Part shown: piece after piece, positions 13,401 to 26,981 of the stretch
Position numbering within the stretch: position 1 is the stretch's first letter
How the letters are laid out: each line of letters begins with the position of its first letter
Source of the DNA: Eledone cirrhosa
Lineage: Eukaryota
Direction: 5' to 3'
Length of the DNA: 64,000 bases
Assembly (NCBI GenBank): GCA_964016885.1
Contig: OZ024741.1
Span: forward strand, 338,334,001 to 338,398,000
Translations under genes and position numbers: made by a program
The notes under the pieces: model-generated
The model's input: the letters and a program-made list of their open reading frames with translations, nothing else
What the model was told of the DNA's origin: nothing
Database searches by the model: none

Positions 13401-16400
13401 ATCCTCTTAGTGAGCCAGGACCAAGAGGCAGAGAGTAAGTCAGTTAGAGATGAAGGATACTCGTTTGGACGTCACACATATACACACATACACAAAATAG
13501 ATAAAAAGAAACAATATTTGTAATGTTACAAAACTTTGTAAACTTACAAAGCCCATAAGCTACTGAAGTTTACAGTGTTCACAATATCAACAAAGAAATA
13601 TATTGATTAACTTACCACATTCGTTGACGATTCAATGTTTTTTATTCCAGTAATTGTTCTTACTTTTAGTAAAAAATTGACCGTGTTGCCATTAAGGCTG
13701 AAACTGAATGTTGCATCTTCTGTACAATTATTGTTGCTCATTAAAGCTGTTATTCTTGTATTTCCAAATGGCATTTGGAAATCCACAGACAGACCAAACC
13801 ATTCACCAAGTTCATTATTAGAAAAAAAAGGAACTCCTACAGTGGTGGTGCCATTGAAAATGGCAAAATCGTTATTGAAAGAAATAGCTTCGGCATTGAG
13901 GTAAACCGTTTCAGGGACTGTTTTTAAGTTTCCATTCAGAGGAGCTGTGAAGCTGAAACAGGTTGTAGCTGTAATGCAGGAAAAAGAATGTAAACAGATT
14001 TGCTGAATGTCTCATGAAATAAAAACGAAAAACAAAATGCAGGGTGAGTCATAAGTAACCAGGAAATCAATGCATTTTTTTTATTGCAAGGTTCACAGAT
14101 AACTTTTTGAACATCCACATATTTGTGTGGGATCAGCCATGATTGTATTGTTTTTACTTTTGTTTGATGTATTTATAATTTTGTAATTTACGACCAGAAT
14201 ATTAGTAAATATTATCATTTGAAATATAAATGTTGTACTGCCAGATTAGTTATAACTCACCCTGTATAATCAAGTGAAAATAATTAGAAAAAAATAATAA
14301 CATTGTCGTAAATGATTTCATAGAAACAAAGCAAAAATGTATTTGTTGAAATGTGGACTGCTTGCTTGGTGATAAGAATATGGAGAGGGAGGACATGAGG
14401 CCAACTGCTGTCGGTAGGAGTGGGTGAGCAGAAGTGAGTTGAATTAATGCCACTGACTTCTGCCACATCCACTTGGGGTTTACCTGAGTCATTTCATTGC
14501 TACATTATAGCATTCATACACACACATAGAAGTTGAGGTTATTTGGTTTATTTCATACCACAGCACAACTAACATTAAAATTCAACCTGCTACAGGATTG
14601 AATTTAGTCTAGTAAACCCATGAAAGGGCTATCTCAGCATGGTTACAAACTAAAGATTGAAACTAGTAAAAATAAAATAACAATAATTACGTTTGATATT
14701 CATATTAGAATCAATACATGTGCATAAAGTCATATTAAATTCCAGTCCTGCACCGCAGCTTCTTTCAACCCAATCCGATCCGACTTTCTGGAGATATTTT
14801 CCTTTCTCACCGGAAAGCTTATACAGAGATGAACATGCTGAAGTGAGATAAAAATAGAAAAGATGAAATTTATTTGATATTAAATTGCATCAGTGAATTT
14901 GTTAAAATTTATGAAATTACTAAAATTATCCAACAAAATATAGGTTACCAAAGTTTCACAGATTTTTTTTTTTTTACAAAATACTTTTGATAGAAAGATG
15001 GAGGTACTGGATATCATGTACAGGGTATGATTTCCGAAGGAAAAATCTACAATACTGGGTACACACCAAAAGTAAAGTGCCTACATTATATGCATCTGTA
15101 AACTCTAACTTTGCATGGTATAAGCAATAAACAGGATAAGCAATAAATTGATGGAGTCAATAGAATGTCAGATAGAATGTTTTGTAGTATTCATTTTCAC
15201 TTTCTGCTCTTGAAATCCCACCAAGGTCAACTTTGCCTTTCATCCATTCAACGTTGATAAAAAAAAGTACCAATCAAGTACTGGGGTCGATTCTTCCTCT
15301 ATATCTCTTTCTCACTTCCTTTCTGTCACTCTCTCTATCCGTCTCTAGAAGAAATCTGCTGTGAGAGAAATCTGCCAGGAGAGGAGATGAGCTCCACCAG
15401 GTTTTAAAATGCCCTAGAAATGCCATATGTCAATCAGGAGTTACAGGATGAAATAAAACAATAACAGGATATTCAGTTATGCTCAATTTTCAGCATAACA
15501 GTAACTCAAAATTAGTGATGCATTGGATCACAATATTTTATAGAGTAAGGCCTCTTCACAGTGTCATTTCACTTTACATATTGTGTTTTGTAGAGATATT
15601 CTTTATATACAGGCGACAAATTCAGAGTTATTAGAACATCGGATAGAATGCTTTGTGGTATTCATTTCAGCTCTCTGTTCTCTGAGTTCAAATCCCACCT
15701 TTAATCCATTTCTATTTCTCACTTCCTCTCTCCTTCTCTCTTTCTCTCTCTCTCTCTCCCACTTTATATCCTTCTCTGGGAGAAATCAGCTGTATTGAGA
15801 CCTGGAGAGGAGATGGGCTCTACCAGGTTTGAAAAAATGCCCTAAAAATGCTGTATGCCAATACAGCACCCCTACAACTCACTCAGGAGTTATAGGACCA
15901 TGCATGCAGGCATTCTTTATAAACCACATTCAGCAGTGGCACTTGATTAATCATCACAGAAACTGATCCCTTTTGTTTTTCGGTTTTTTTCACAAAGCTC
16001 AATTTTAAACAAAGGCTAATGATAGTATATAGTAAACAAAATATAGTTAGTATAATTTTTTAAATATTGATACAGAGTGAGTCAAAAGTAGTGTCCAATT
16101 CCTGTTTTAGGGTTATCAGTTGAAAGACATGTTTTCAAATGTATTACTTCTAATTATTCCATTTATTCAGGGAATAAGAGACTGTAACAGGCTATTTTAC
16201 TTTCAATGTTCAAAGTGTCCTCCCTCATAATCAATGCACAATTGTAACAAGCAAGCACAGAGTGACACACACGACTTCAGAATTCGCTATCAAACAGAGA
16301 AAAGTATAAACAACATCAAGGTTCAAATACCGCCACATCAACAACAACAACATGAGCATGACATCCCAGAAACTGGGCGCTACTTTTGACTCACCCACTT

Positions 16401-18098
16401 CTTCTTTGCCCACTTATTCCTGAGAGGGTCATGGGGGCAGTGTCCTCAAACACTCCTTCCAGCGGGTTCTCTCAGAAGCAACTGTCTCCAGATGATCCGG
16501 CTGGATCTCCAAGTGAGACTAGCTGGGCTCATGGGTGTTATCCAACCATCTTGCTTGAAGTCTACCCCTGAGTCTCCTGCCGGTTGGTTTTTGCCCGTAA
16601 AATCTGTCCAACGATTCTTTCCTGAGACATTCTAACTACATACCCATTGTATTGGAACTGTGATCTTTCAATTCAGAGAAGTAGCAACTCTACCTGGAGT
16701 GACTCTCTGATCTCCGAGCTACGCACTCTATCAAGTAATGTTACTCCAAAGACTCTTCGGAGGAACCCCATTTTGGTCGCTTGTATTTGCGATCATATTC
16801 TTTCAGTCATTACTCAAGATTCATGACCATAGTTAAGGGTTGGCACGAATACCAAATTGAACATAGCGAGTTTGGCTTTTATGCCTTCCTTCTTCTGATT
16901 ACTGAATTCTGAAGCAGGCACATTGCTGCACCAGCTCCTGCAATTCCAGCATTTAATTCAGCCTCCTGCCTTCCATCACTCAGGAACATGACCCCAAGGC
17001 ACTTGAACTTCTCTGCTTGCTTCAGTGAAACTCCATTCATATGTAGTGCACTGCACAGGCTTCCTTGAGGGGACGAGTGTCTCAGTTTTCACAGCACCAA
17101 TTTTCATTCCAGCCATGTAGCACTCGGCATCAAACATATCAGGTGCAAGTCGGAGATCACCATCTGTTGAATTAAGAAACACCATGTTGTCTGCAAATTC
17201 CAGCAGACTGATTTTGCACCCACCAGTCATGATACCACTTCCAACCCGGCTGTGCATGTCAATCCTGTTCATGTAAATGATGAACAGGAGAAGTGACAGT
17301 ACGTACCCTTGGAGGAGTCTGACTCCCACATTGAATGCTTTCAATTTAGCACCATTTATCTGAACACAAATACTTGGGCATTTGTATAGAGACATCAGGG
17401 CAGCAAGAAGCTGACCATCAAACCCATACTTATGCAGAACCTTCCACAGCAGGTCCCGAGGAACATGGTCATATGCCTTTTCAAGGTCGACAAAATAAGA
17501 ATAATTCTAATTTTCAAAAAGGGAAACAAGAGAGATTGTTCCAATAACAGAGGGATCTCCTTGTTAAGCCTCCCCAGTAAAGTCCATGCTAAGTGTCTAG
17601 CAAAGAGATTCAGGGAGATTGTTGAGTCCAAGCTAGCTGATGAACAGTGTAGTTTTCACCCCAGACACAGCACAGTCGAGCAAATATTCACACTACGGCA
17701 GGTCTTCGAGAAATCATGGGAGTATTGCCAAGAGGCATATTCTTGTTTTGTCGACCTTGAAAAAGCATATGACCCAGTATGTTATGACCTTTAATTTTTA
17801 AAGATTATTAAGATAATCAAAATAACAGAATAAAAATATTAAAAATATAACGCACAAGGAAGTTGAACCACAGAAGGGTTGCATGTAAGGTCCGACACAC
17901 ATTGTTGGTTGCTTTCAGAAAAGCGTTTTTCATTACCACAATTTTGAGATGTCACTGGTATATCTTGGACACATGAGAAGTATTTACTGCAACTGTTCAC
18001 ATCTTCCACCTTGGCACGGCCCTCACAACCTAGGATAATATAAAAATTTAAAAAAGTATTTAATATAATACAATAGATTATACACACACACACATATG

Positions 18099-18171
<73 letters not shown>

Positions 18172-20734
18172 TACACTAGAAAATATCACCTATGATACAC
18201 AGATAGTTGGTGTTACACTAAGAAATATCACCTATGATACACTGATACTTGGTGTTACACTATGAAATATCACCTATGATACACTGATACTTGGTGTTAC
18301 ACTAGAAAATATTACCTACACGAGGAAATATCACCTAAAAAAAATTCAAATACCACCAAACTAATACCAAAGTGTTCAAACCAGTAACTATTTTAATGTG
18401 CAGTTGACTCCTGCTTGTCATCACGTCATCATCTCGTCATCATTTAACATCCATTTTTCCATGCTAGCATGGGTTAGATGAGCTGTTCCATTGTGAGATA
18501 AGCCTGGTCGGATAACAATGTCTTGCTCATACAGAACTAATTTGGGGTTGGTTTCTACGACAGAATGCCTTTCCTAACACCAATCACATTTATAGTATGC
18601 ACTGAGTGTGTTTTTTGTTGTGACACCTACACGACCACTTTACAGTGTGTACTACATGCTTTTTATTGTTATACCTACATGACCTATAGTTTTTTATCTA
18701 ATTTAAGTTCACATGGTAAATGATGGTTAAAAGGCTTAAAATACTCATGAAATGCTAAAAGTATCCCCCATTACATTACAAATACTTCTCAGATTCAGAG
18801 AATATAAAATGCTGAGTCATGGCACCTGTCTCAAAGATTTATGCAGTTCTTAGAATTTCCTTAAAATAAATCCTTGTTGAAATATGGCAGTAGTGTACAA
18901 CAATTAAAACAAACTGTTAGTTTATTGTGGATTACTGTATGTGTTGTATGTTCACTAAGAAAGAAAGGAAGAGAGAAAGTGTGTGTGTGTAAGAGAGAGG
19001 GAAATAAATAGAGAAAAAAGAAAGAGAGGGTGAATGGGAGAGAGAGAGAGAGAGAAAGAGACATAAAGAAAGAGAGGAGGAACGTAAGAGAGAGAGAGAG
19101 AAAGAGACATAAAAAAGAGAGGGTGAATGGGAGAGAGAGAGAGAGAGAGAAAGAGACATAAAGAAAGAGAGGAGGAACGTAAGAGAGAGAGAGAGAAAGA
19201 GACATAAAGAAAGAGAGGAGGAACGTAAGAGAGAGAGAGAGAAAGAGACATAAAAAAGAGAGGGTGAATGGGAGAGAGAGAGAGAGAGAAAGAGACATAA
19301 AGAAAGAGAGGAGGAACGTAAGAGAGAGAGAGAGAAAGAGACATAAAGAAAGAGAGGAGGAACGTAAGAGAGAGAGAGAGAAAGAGACATAAAGAAAGAG
19401 AGGAGGAACGTAAGAGAGAGAGAGAGAAAGAGACATAAAAAAGAGAGGGTGAATGGGAGAGAGAGAAATAGTGAAATAATGATATATTTACTTGAAACAC
19501 AGGCGACGTTGATTTTATAATCACAGGTTAAACTTTCAGGATTGAAATAAAGGCCATCATTACAATTCATCTCACGACGAAAAAATCCGTTGGGTGTTGG
19601 TTCACACACAATGTACTTTTCACAACGGTAAGGATGCTTGCAAAAATAGGTATTTTGACAGCTGCAAAACTCTAAAATGATAAAAAGTAAATAATTTTCA
19701 TAAACAGATAGATAAATATTGTCTATAATATTAGAAGAACCCCATGCATTGCCCACATTTCAAAATAGCAATCTACATTCTAGGTTCAAATCCAGCCGAG
19801 GTTAAGCTTTGACTTTTATCCTTACAGATTCGTAAAAATAAATACCACTAATGCATTGGATTCGATTTTATTCAGTTTCTCCTCCTCCAAAAATTGTTAG
19901 CTTTGTACCTAAGTCAGAAAGAGCATATAGTTAGTAAGAAATTCTGAGGCATTTTTAATCTGATGCCCTAACACAACTCTATCAATTTGCCACACTAAAG
20001 CAAATGTTTATAAGTATCATTAGCTTCAGTTATTACTCTGTAATTACTATCTGTTATTACAGTTATTACTATCTGTTCTAAAATTCTGAATTGTTGACTT
20101 AGAAGCAGGTCGACATATTTTGTTTAGGTGTAAGGTTGCTTGAATTGGTTTTTGAATATATTAAAGGTATTTATTTTATTCATCTTCCAGAGAACTAAAT
20201 AGCAAAGTTCTGTTACAATCACTGTTTGAGATTGAGGAATGACTGTACAATAGAAATGCTAACCAAACATGTGATGGTTGATCTTCTACTAGACTTGTGG
20301 GTTCATGCTCTCAGTAAAGACTGCAATAGTATTCAACATATTTCATTTTCAGAGTCCAGGATCAGTATGCCATATAAACCAGAATTTCTGGGTATATGAA
20401 CAATCATCAAATTTGAAAAATAGCAATTTGATAAATTAATGGTTTGCATAAGAGAACCCCTGTAGTTTATGTTGATTACTGACACATGGAAGTGATTAAA
20501 GATAAAAATGTTCATTTAAATAATTTTTTTTTAAAGATATAATTGCATAAATGTTCAGCATGTATATACAAATGACATACACAATTAAATGTATTAGTAA
20601 CTTTGGAGAAATAACTATTTACAGGGATAAGAAGCCAGGATCCTATGATTGAAAAGCAAACTTCTTATAGCAAAATGATTGAGATAGGAAATGCATTGTG
20701 TGCATGTGTGTAAATTTTAAAGAGTTACAGACAA

Positions 20735-20814
<80 letters not shown>

Positions 20815-20906
20815 ACACATATATATATATACATATATATATATATACACATATATATATATACATATATATATATATACACATATATATATATACATAT
20901 ATATAT

Positions 20907-20944
<38 letters not shown>

Positions 20945-23900
20945 ATAGAGCAGGAGAAATCGTAGAAATGCTAGAGCGAAAGGAAGTTGATGTATGCTGT
21001 GTGCAAGAGACTAGATGGAGAGGAGGGTCTGCTAGAGTCCTCGTAGGAAAAAGCCAGTGCTACAAATTTTTCTGGGTGGGAAATGACGATGGGATGGGTG
21101 GTGTAGGTATACTATTAGCTGACAAGTGGGTAGATAAAGTAATCTCAGTGTACAGGGTAAATGCAAGAATCATTAAACTCAGACTAGTCCTGAATAAGAC
21201 AATTACCACAATAATATCAGCTTACGCACCCCAATCGGGGCTGCCAGACGAACTTAAGGATAGGTTTTACGAGTCCCTAATACACACTACTGCTCTAACA
21301 GACGACAAGGACTTCCTAATCATTGCAGGAGATTTTAACGGACACGTAGGTAAACACTGCGACGGCTTCAATAGAGTACATGGAGGCCATGGAGTTGGCA
21401 CAAGGAATGAGGAAGGATTCAGACTTCTAGAATTCTGCGACGCCAATGACATGTCGATATGTAACACAAACTTTAAAAAACCCGACAACCACCTGATCAC
21501 CTATAGATCAGGGGAGCACTCTAGTCAGTTAGATTTTATCCTCATCAGAGGACGTGACAGATGGACGGTCGTAAACACAAAAGCCTTCCCTAGTGAGGAA
21601 TGTACATCCCAACATAGCTTAGTTGTCAGCGACCTCACGGTCAGAACTAGACGAGCCCTGAAACAGAGGCCAACCTGGAGAAGAAAGATCTGGAAGCTGA
21701 AAGTCCCCTCAACCAGTAACAGATTTAAAGATATTTTACTCAACGCCTACGACAGTAAAGAAGAACAGATAGAGACATTTAACGTAGAAGAGAACTGGGA
21801 GTTCCTAAAAAATAACTTACTAGAGGCGACGGATGAGGTTTGTGGCTGGAGTAAGACCTCAAGCAGGAGGAGAGTGACTTGGTGGTGGAACAATAAGGTA
21901 GATGAAGCAGTCAAGGCCAAGAGACAGTCATGGAAAGAATGGAAGAACGGAGGGAGCAGGGTACATTACATAGAGACCAAGAGGGAAGCTAGGCGACAAG
22001 TATACTTAGCTAGGAGGGAAGCAGAGGATAGAAAATTCAAGCATGTTTTACAACGTGAGGACCAGAAACAGGAGGTATTCAAGATTGCGAGGCAGTGTGT
22101 CAGAGATAGTTGTGATGTCATTGGAGAGAAGTGTATCCGGAATGATAAAGGTGAGCTTGCCCTCACAAGTGCTGAGAAGAAAGATGCATGGAAGAGTCAT
22201 TATGATAGATTACTAAATGAGGAGAATGCATGGGAAGAGGAGACCCTACCCCACGTAGACCCTATAGAGGGACCAGCAGTACAAGTCAGCGGCAGCGTAG
22301 TAAGTAAGGCAATCAGAGATATGAAGATAGGGAAGGCAACCGGTCCATCGGGTATAGCTGCCGAGATGCTGAAGGCATCTGGGTCTGTAGATCACACTAT
22401 AACCACACGTATCGTTAACCAGGTAATACTAGAGGGGGCCATACCAAAAGATTGGTGCAGTAGCATCATTGTCAACTGCTACAAAGGTAAAGGCGATGCA
22501 CTAGATAGAGGAAACTATAGAGGTATAAAGTTGATGGACCAGGTCATGAAAGTAACAGAAAGAGTTATAGCACAGCTGATTAGGGACCGGGTGAATATAG
22601 ACGAGATGCAATTTGGGTTTGTACCAGGGAAAGGCACCACTGATGCCCTCTTCCTTGTGAGGCAATTACAGGAAAAGTACCTAGCTAAATGTAAGCCACT
22701 CTACTTGGCATTTGTCGACCTTGAGAAAGCCTTTGACAGAGTTCCACGTGCAGTAATCTGGTGGGCTCTTAGAAAACTAGGAGTAGATGAATGGCTTGTG
22801 AAAGCGGTACAAGCCATGTATAGGGGAGCAGTCAGCAAAGTTAGGATTGGCAATGAGTATAGCGAGGAATTTAGCGTACAGGTTGGGGTCCACCAGGGCT
22901 CTGTTCTTAGCCCTCTCCTGTTCATCATAGTCCTGCAGGCAATAACGGAGGAGTTTAAGACCGGATGCCCATGGGAACTCCTGTATGCTGATGACCTCGC
23001 ACTCATAGCTGAATCTATGGTAGAACTAGAGAATAAATTCCAAACCTGGAAGCAGGGACTAGAGAGAAAGGGCCTCAAAGTCAACATGACAAAGACTAAG
23101 GTCCTTATAAGTAGACGAGAAAACAGAACCCAGATCCCCTCAGGGAAATGGCCTTGCTCAGTATGTAGGAAAGGTGTAGGTAGGAACTCCATTCTCTGCC
23201 CCAAATGCAAACAATGGGTACACAAGAGATGTAGCGGGATCTCAGGAAGCTTAATTAAGAATGTAGGATTCACATGCAGCAGCTGTGCTGAAACAGCAAG
23301 CAAACAGCCACAGGAAACAAGTACCACCAATCTCTGGGATGGCCCTGTAGAAACAGTAGACAGCTTCTGCTACCTAGGTGACCGAATTAGCAACGGAGGT
23401 GGGTGCTCAGAAAGTACAATAACTAGGGTAAGAACGGGATGGAAGAAGTTTAGGGAACTACTACCACTGCTAGCTGCAAAAGGCTTCTCCCTCAGAATGA
23501 AAGGCAGACTGTATGATGCATGTATCCGAACAGCGATGTTGCATGGTAGTGAGACCTGGGCGTTGAAGGTGGAAGACTTACGTAGATTAGAGAGAAACGA
23601 AGCCTGCATGCTCCGATGGATGTGTAACAGTACTATACGTGAACGACAAAGCATAAAGGAATTGAGAGAGAGACTGAGCATAAGAGGAATCAAATGCTGC
23701 GTGCAGGAGAGGCGGTTACGCTGGTATGGACATGTGATGCGTATGAAGGATGACAGCTGCATAAAAAGGTGCAGAGCACTAGAAGTTGATGGAAACCGTG
23801 GAGTGGGGAGACCCAAGATGACTTGGGATGAGGTGATAAAAGCCGACCTTACCCAACTACACCTCTCAAAGTCAATGACACACGACCGTGACTTCTGGCG

Positions 23901-24248
23901 TCACGCAGTAATACAGGGTACCCGACCTCCCATGGGTACATGCTGAAGCATATAAACAATATGCCCCCCCCCCCCCACCGCAAGGTGGCCGTGGAGGTGC
24001 CACGGCAAAAAAGCACCCAGCCCACACTGTAAAGTGGACGTGTAGGCGCCACGAAAAAGCACCCAGCACTCACTGTAAATGAGGTTGGTGTTAGGAAGGG
24101 CATCCAGCTGTAGAAATCAAGCCAGATCAGTTCCTGTATGAGCAAGGCATGGTCAGCCGACCAGACACTGCCCACAACAGGACAACCCGTCTAACCCATG
24201 CTAGCGTGGAAGAACGGACGTAAAACGGTGATGATGATGATGATGATG

Positions 24249-24287
<39 letters not shown>

Positions 24288-24291
24288 TATG

Positions 24292-24369
<78 letters not shown>

Positions 24370-26799
24370 GACAAGTGTACTTCGCAAGAAGGGAAGCAGA
24401 GGAAACAAAGTTCAAGCATGTTCTACAACGTGAGGACCAAAAACGTGAGGTGTTCAGGATTGCCAGGCAATGTGTCAAGGAAAACCGTGATATTGTCGGG
24501 GAGAAGTGTGTGCTTAACGATGATGGCATACTTGCCATCACCGACGTTGATAAGAAGGTAGCTTGGAAGTGTCACTACGAAAGGCTTCTAAATGAGGAGA
24601 ACAAATGGGAGAAAGACAGTCTCCCCCACATCGACCCAATAGAGGGACCAGCAGTGTTAGTCCAGGGTAGTACAATAAGCAAGGAAATCAAAGATATGAA
24701 GACGGGTAAGGCGGCTGGTCCTTCGGAAATAGTTGCTGAGATGCTGAAGGCATCCGGTTCGGTGGGACACACCATGGTCACCCGGATAGTTAACCAAGTC
24801 GTACAGAATGGGGTTGTTCCGAAGGACTGGCGTAGCAGCATCATCGTTAACTGCTATAAGGGAAAAGGAGATGCCCTAGATAGGAGTAACTATAGAGGCA
24901 TTAAATTAATCGACCAGGTCATGAAGGTCACGGAAAAAGTAATAGCGCAACTAATCAGAGAGAGAATTGATCTAGATGAAATGCAGTTCGGGTTTGTGTC
25001 AGGCAAAAGTACCACAGACGCTCTTTTCATTGTACGACAACTACAGGAGAAGTACCTAGCTAAAAGTAAACCCCTATACTTAGCTTTCGTCGACTTGGAG
25101 AAAGCCTTCGACAGAGTCCCCCGTTCCATTATCTGGTGGTCTCTTAGAAAACTAGGTGTTGACGAATGGCTTGTGAGAGCTATAGAAGCCATGTATAAAG
25201 AAACAGTCAGTAAGGTTAGAATTAACAACGAATATAGTGAAGAGTTTAGCGTAAAAGTTGGTGTCCATCAGGGCTCTGTTCTTAGCCCCCTACTATTTAT
25301 TATTGCCCTTCAGGCTATAACAGAGGAGTTCAAGACCGGCTGCCCATGGGAACTCCTATACGCAGATGATCTAACGCTCATAGCTGAATCAATGACCGAA
25401 CTAGAGAAGAAATTCCAAACATGGAAGCACGGCCTAGAATCAAAAGGCCTTAAAATTAACCTGGCTAAGACAAAAGTTCTAGTTTGTAGGAAAGAAAATA
25501 TGGCGGCAGTCCCATCTGGGAAATGGCCATGCTCAGTGTGTAGGAAAGGCGTAGGTAGAAACTCCATTTTATGTCCCAAATGCAAAGTATGGGTGCATAA
25601 AAGATGTAGTGGGATCACAGGTAAGCTAACTAAGAACATAGATTTTACATGTGGCCGGTGCTCTGGTGCAATAAGTAGCAGCAAGTGCCCACAAAATACT
25701 AGCTCCTTCAACTGCGCAGAGGGTTCTATAGAAATAGTGGACAGCTTCCGTTACCTGGGTGACAAAATCAGCAGTGGGGGAGGGTGCTCTGAAAGTACAG
25801 TAGCTAGAGTCAGAACTGGATGGAAAAAGTTCAGAGAGCTTATACCACTATTAGCCGCTAGAGGGTTCTCCCTAAAAATGAAAGGCAGGTTATACGATGC
25901 CTGCATACGAACAGCAATGCTGCATGGCAGTGAGAACTGGGCATTGTGTGCAGAGGATATACGCAGACTAGAGAGGAACGAAGCTTGCATGCTCCGCTGG
26001 ATGTGCAATAGTAATATACGTAAACGGCAAAGCATAAACGAACTAAGGAAAAAATTAAAAATAAGAGGGATCAGATGTTGTTTACTCGAGAGAAGGCTAC
26101 GTTGGTACGGTCACGTGATGCGCATGAAAGACGACAGCTGTATAACAAAGTGCAGGGCAATAAAGATAGACGGTAGCCCCGGAGTAGGCAGACCCAGAAA
26201 AACATGGGACGAGCTGATAAATTCTGACCTCACACGCTTACACCTCTCCAAGACAATGTCACTGGACCGAGACCTTTGGCGGTACTCAGTAATAGAGAAG
26301 ACCCGCCTTACCTAAATACAAAGTAAAAACCTACTACAGTCAGTAGGCATCTCTATCAAAACACCCCCCCGTCCCACCACCTCCACCCCATCCACACCGC
26401 CCCTTTCAATGTACAGTTATGTTGGTCCCACAACATCCAGGCTGAAACAAATGAGATCGTGTAGGTGTCACGACAAAAAAACACACAGTCCACGCTGTAA
26501 TGTGGCCGTGTAGGCAACACGGTAAAAACCTCCCAGCCCCACACTGTAAATGTGGTTGGTGTTAGGAAGGGCATCCAGCTGTAGAAAACCCGCCAGACAG
26601 TCCACGCTGTAATGTGGCCGTGTAGGCAACACGGTAAAAACCTCCCAGCCCCACACTGTAAATGTGGTTGGTGTTAGGAAGGGCATCCAACTGTAGAAAA
26701 CCCGCCAGACAGTCCTATGCGAGCAAGACAACCACTCTTGCCTCAAGTGGGAAAACCCCCGTCCAAACCCATGCAAGCGTGGAACACGGACGCTAAACC

Positions 26800-26891
<92 letters not shown>

Positions 26892-26898
26892 TATATAC

Positions 26899-26981
<83 letters not shown>

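Larger units (their letters stand above)
1..20883 (+). repeat. Segmental/tandem duplication, copy A (visible part)
   Basis: Colinear near-identity with 43113-64000; offsets 43113-43336 vary with microsatellite length. Confidence 0.97.

Noticed and set aside
13635-13904. Plus-strand 89-aa ORF
   Set aside because: Antisense shadow of exon 5.
18171-18340. Regular repeats resembling a CRISPR array
   Set aside because: Head-to-tail 42-bp units without unique spacers, no cas genes, eukaryotic context.
18861-19491. Long S/L/F-rich ORFs, apparently fused to the chitin-binding domain
   Set aside because: Translation of the GA/CT VNTR in intron 2; a phase-compatible GT donor ends the exon at 19492.
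20333-20515. 60-aa minus-strand ORF in intron 1 as a possible extra exon
   Set aside because: No domain similarity and no clean phase 1-1 splice pair; exons 1 and 2 join in frame without it.
20698-20944. N-terminal YI-repeat extension of the 1082-aa ORF (likewise 24198-24368)
   Set aside because: Stop-free (TA)n/(GAT)n microsatellite read-through; not part of the LINE protein.
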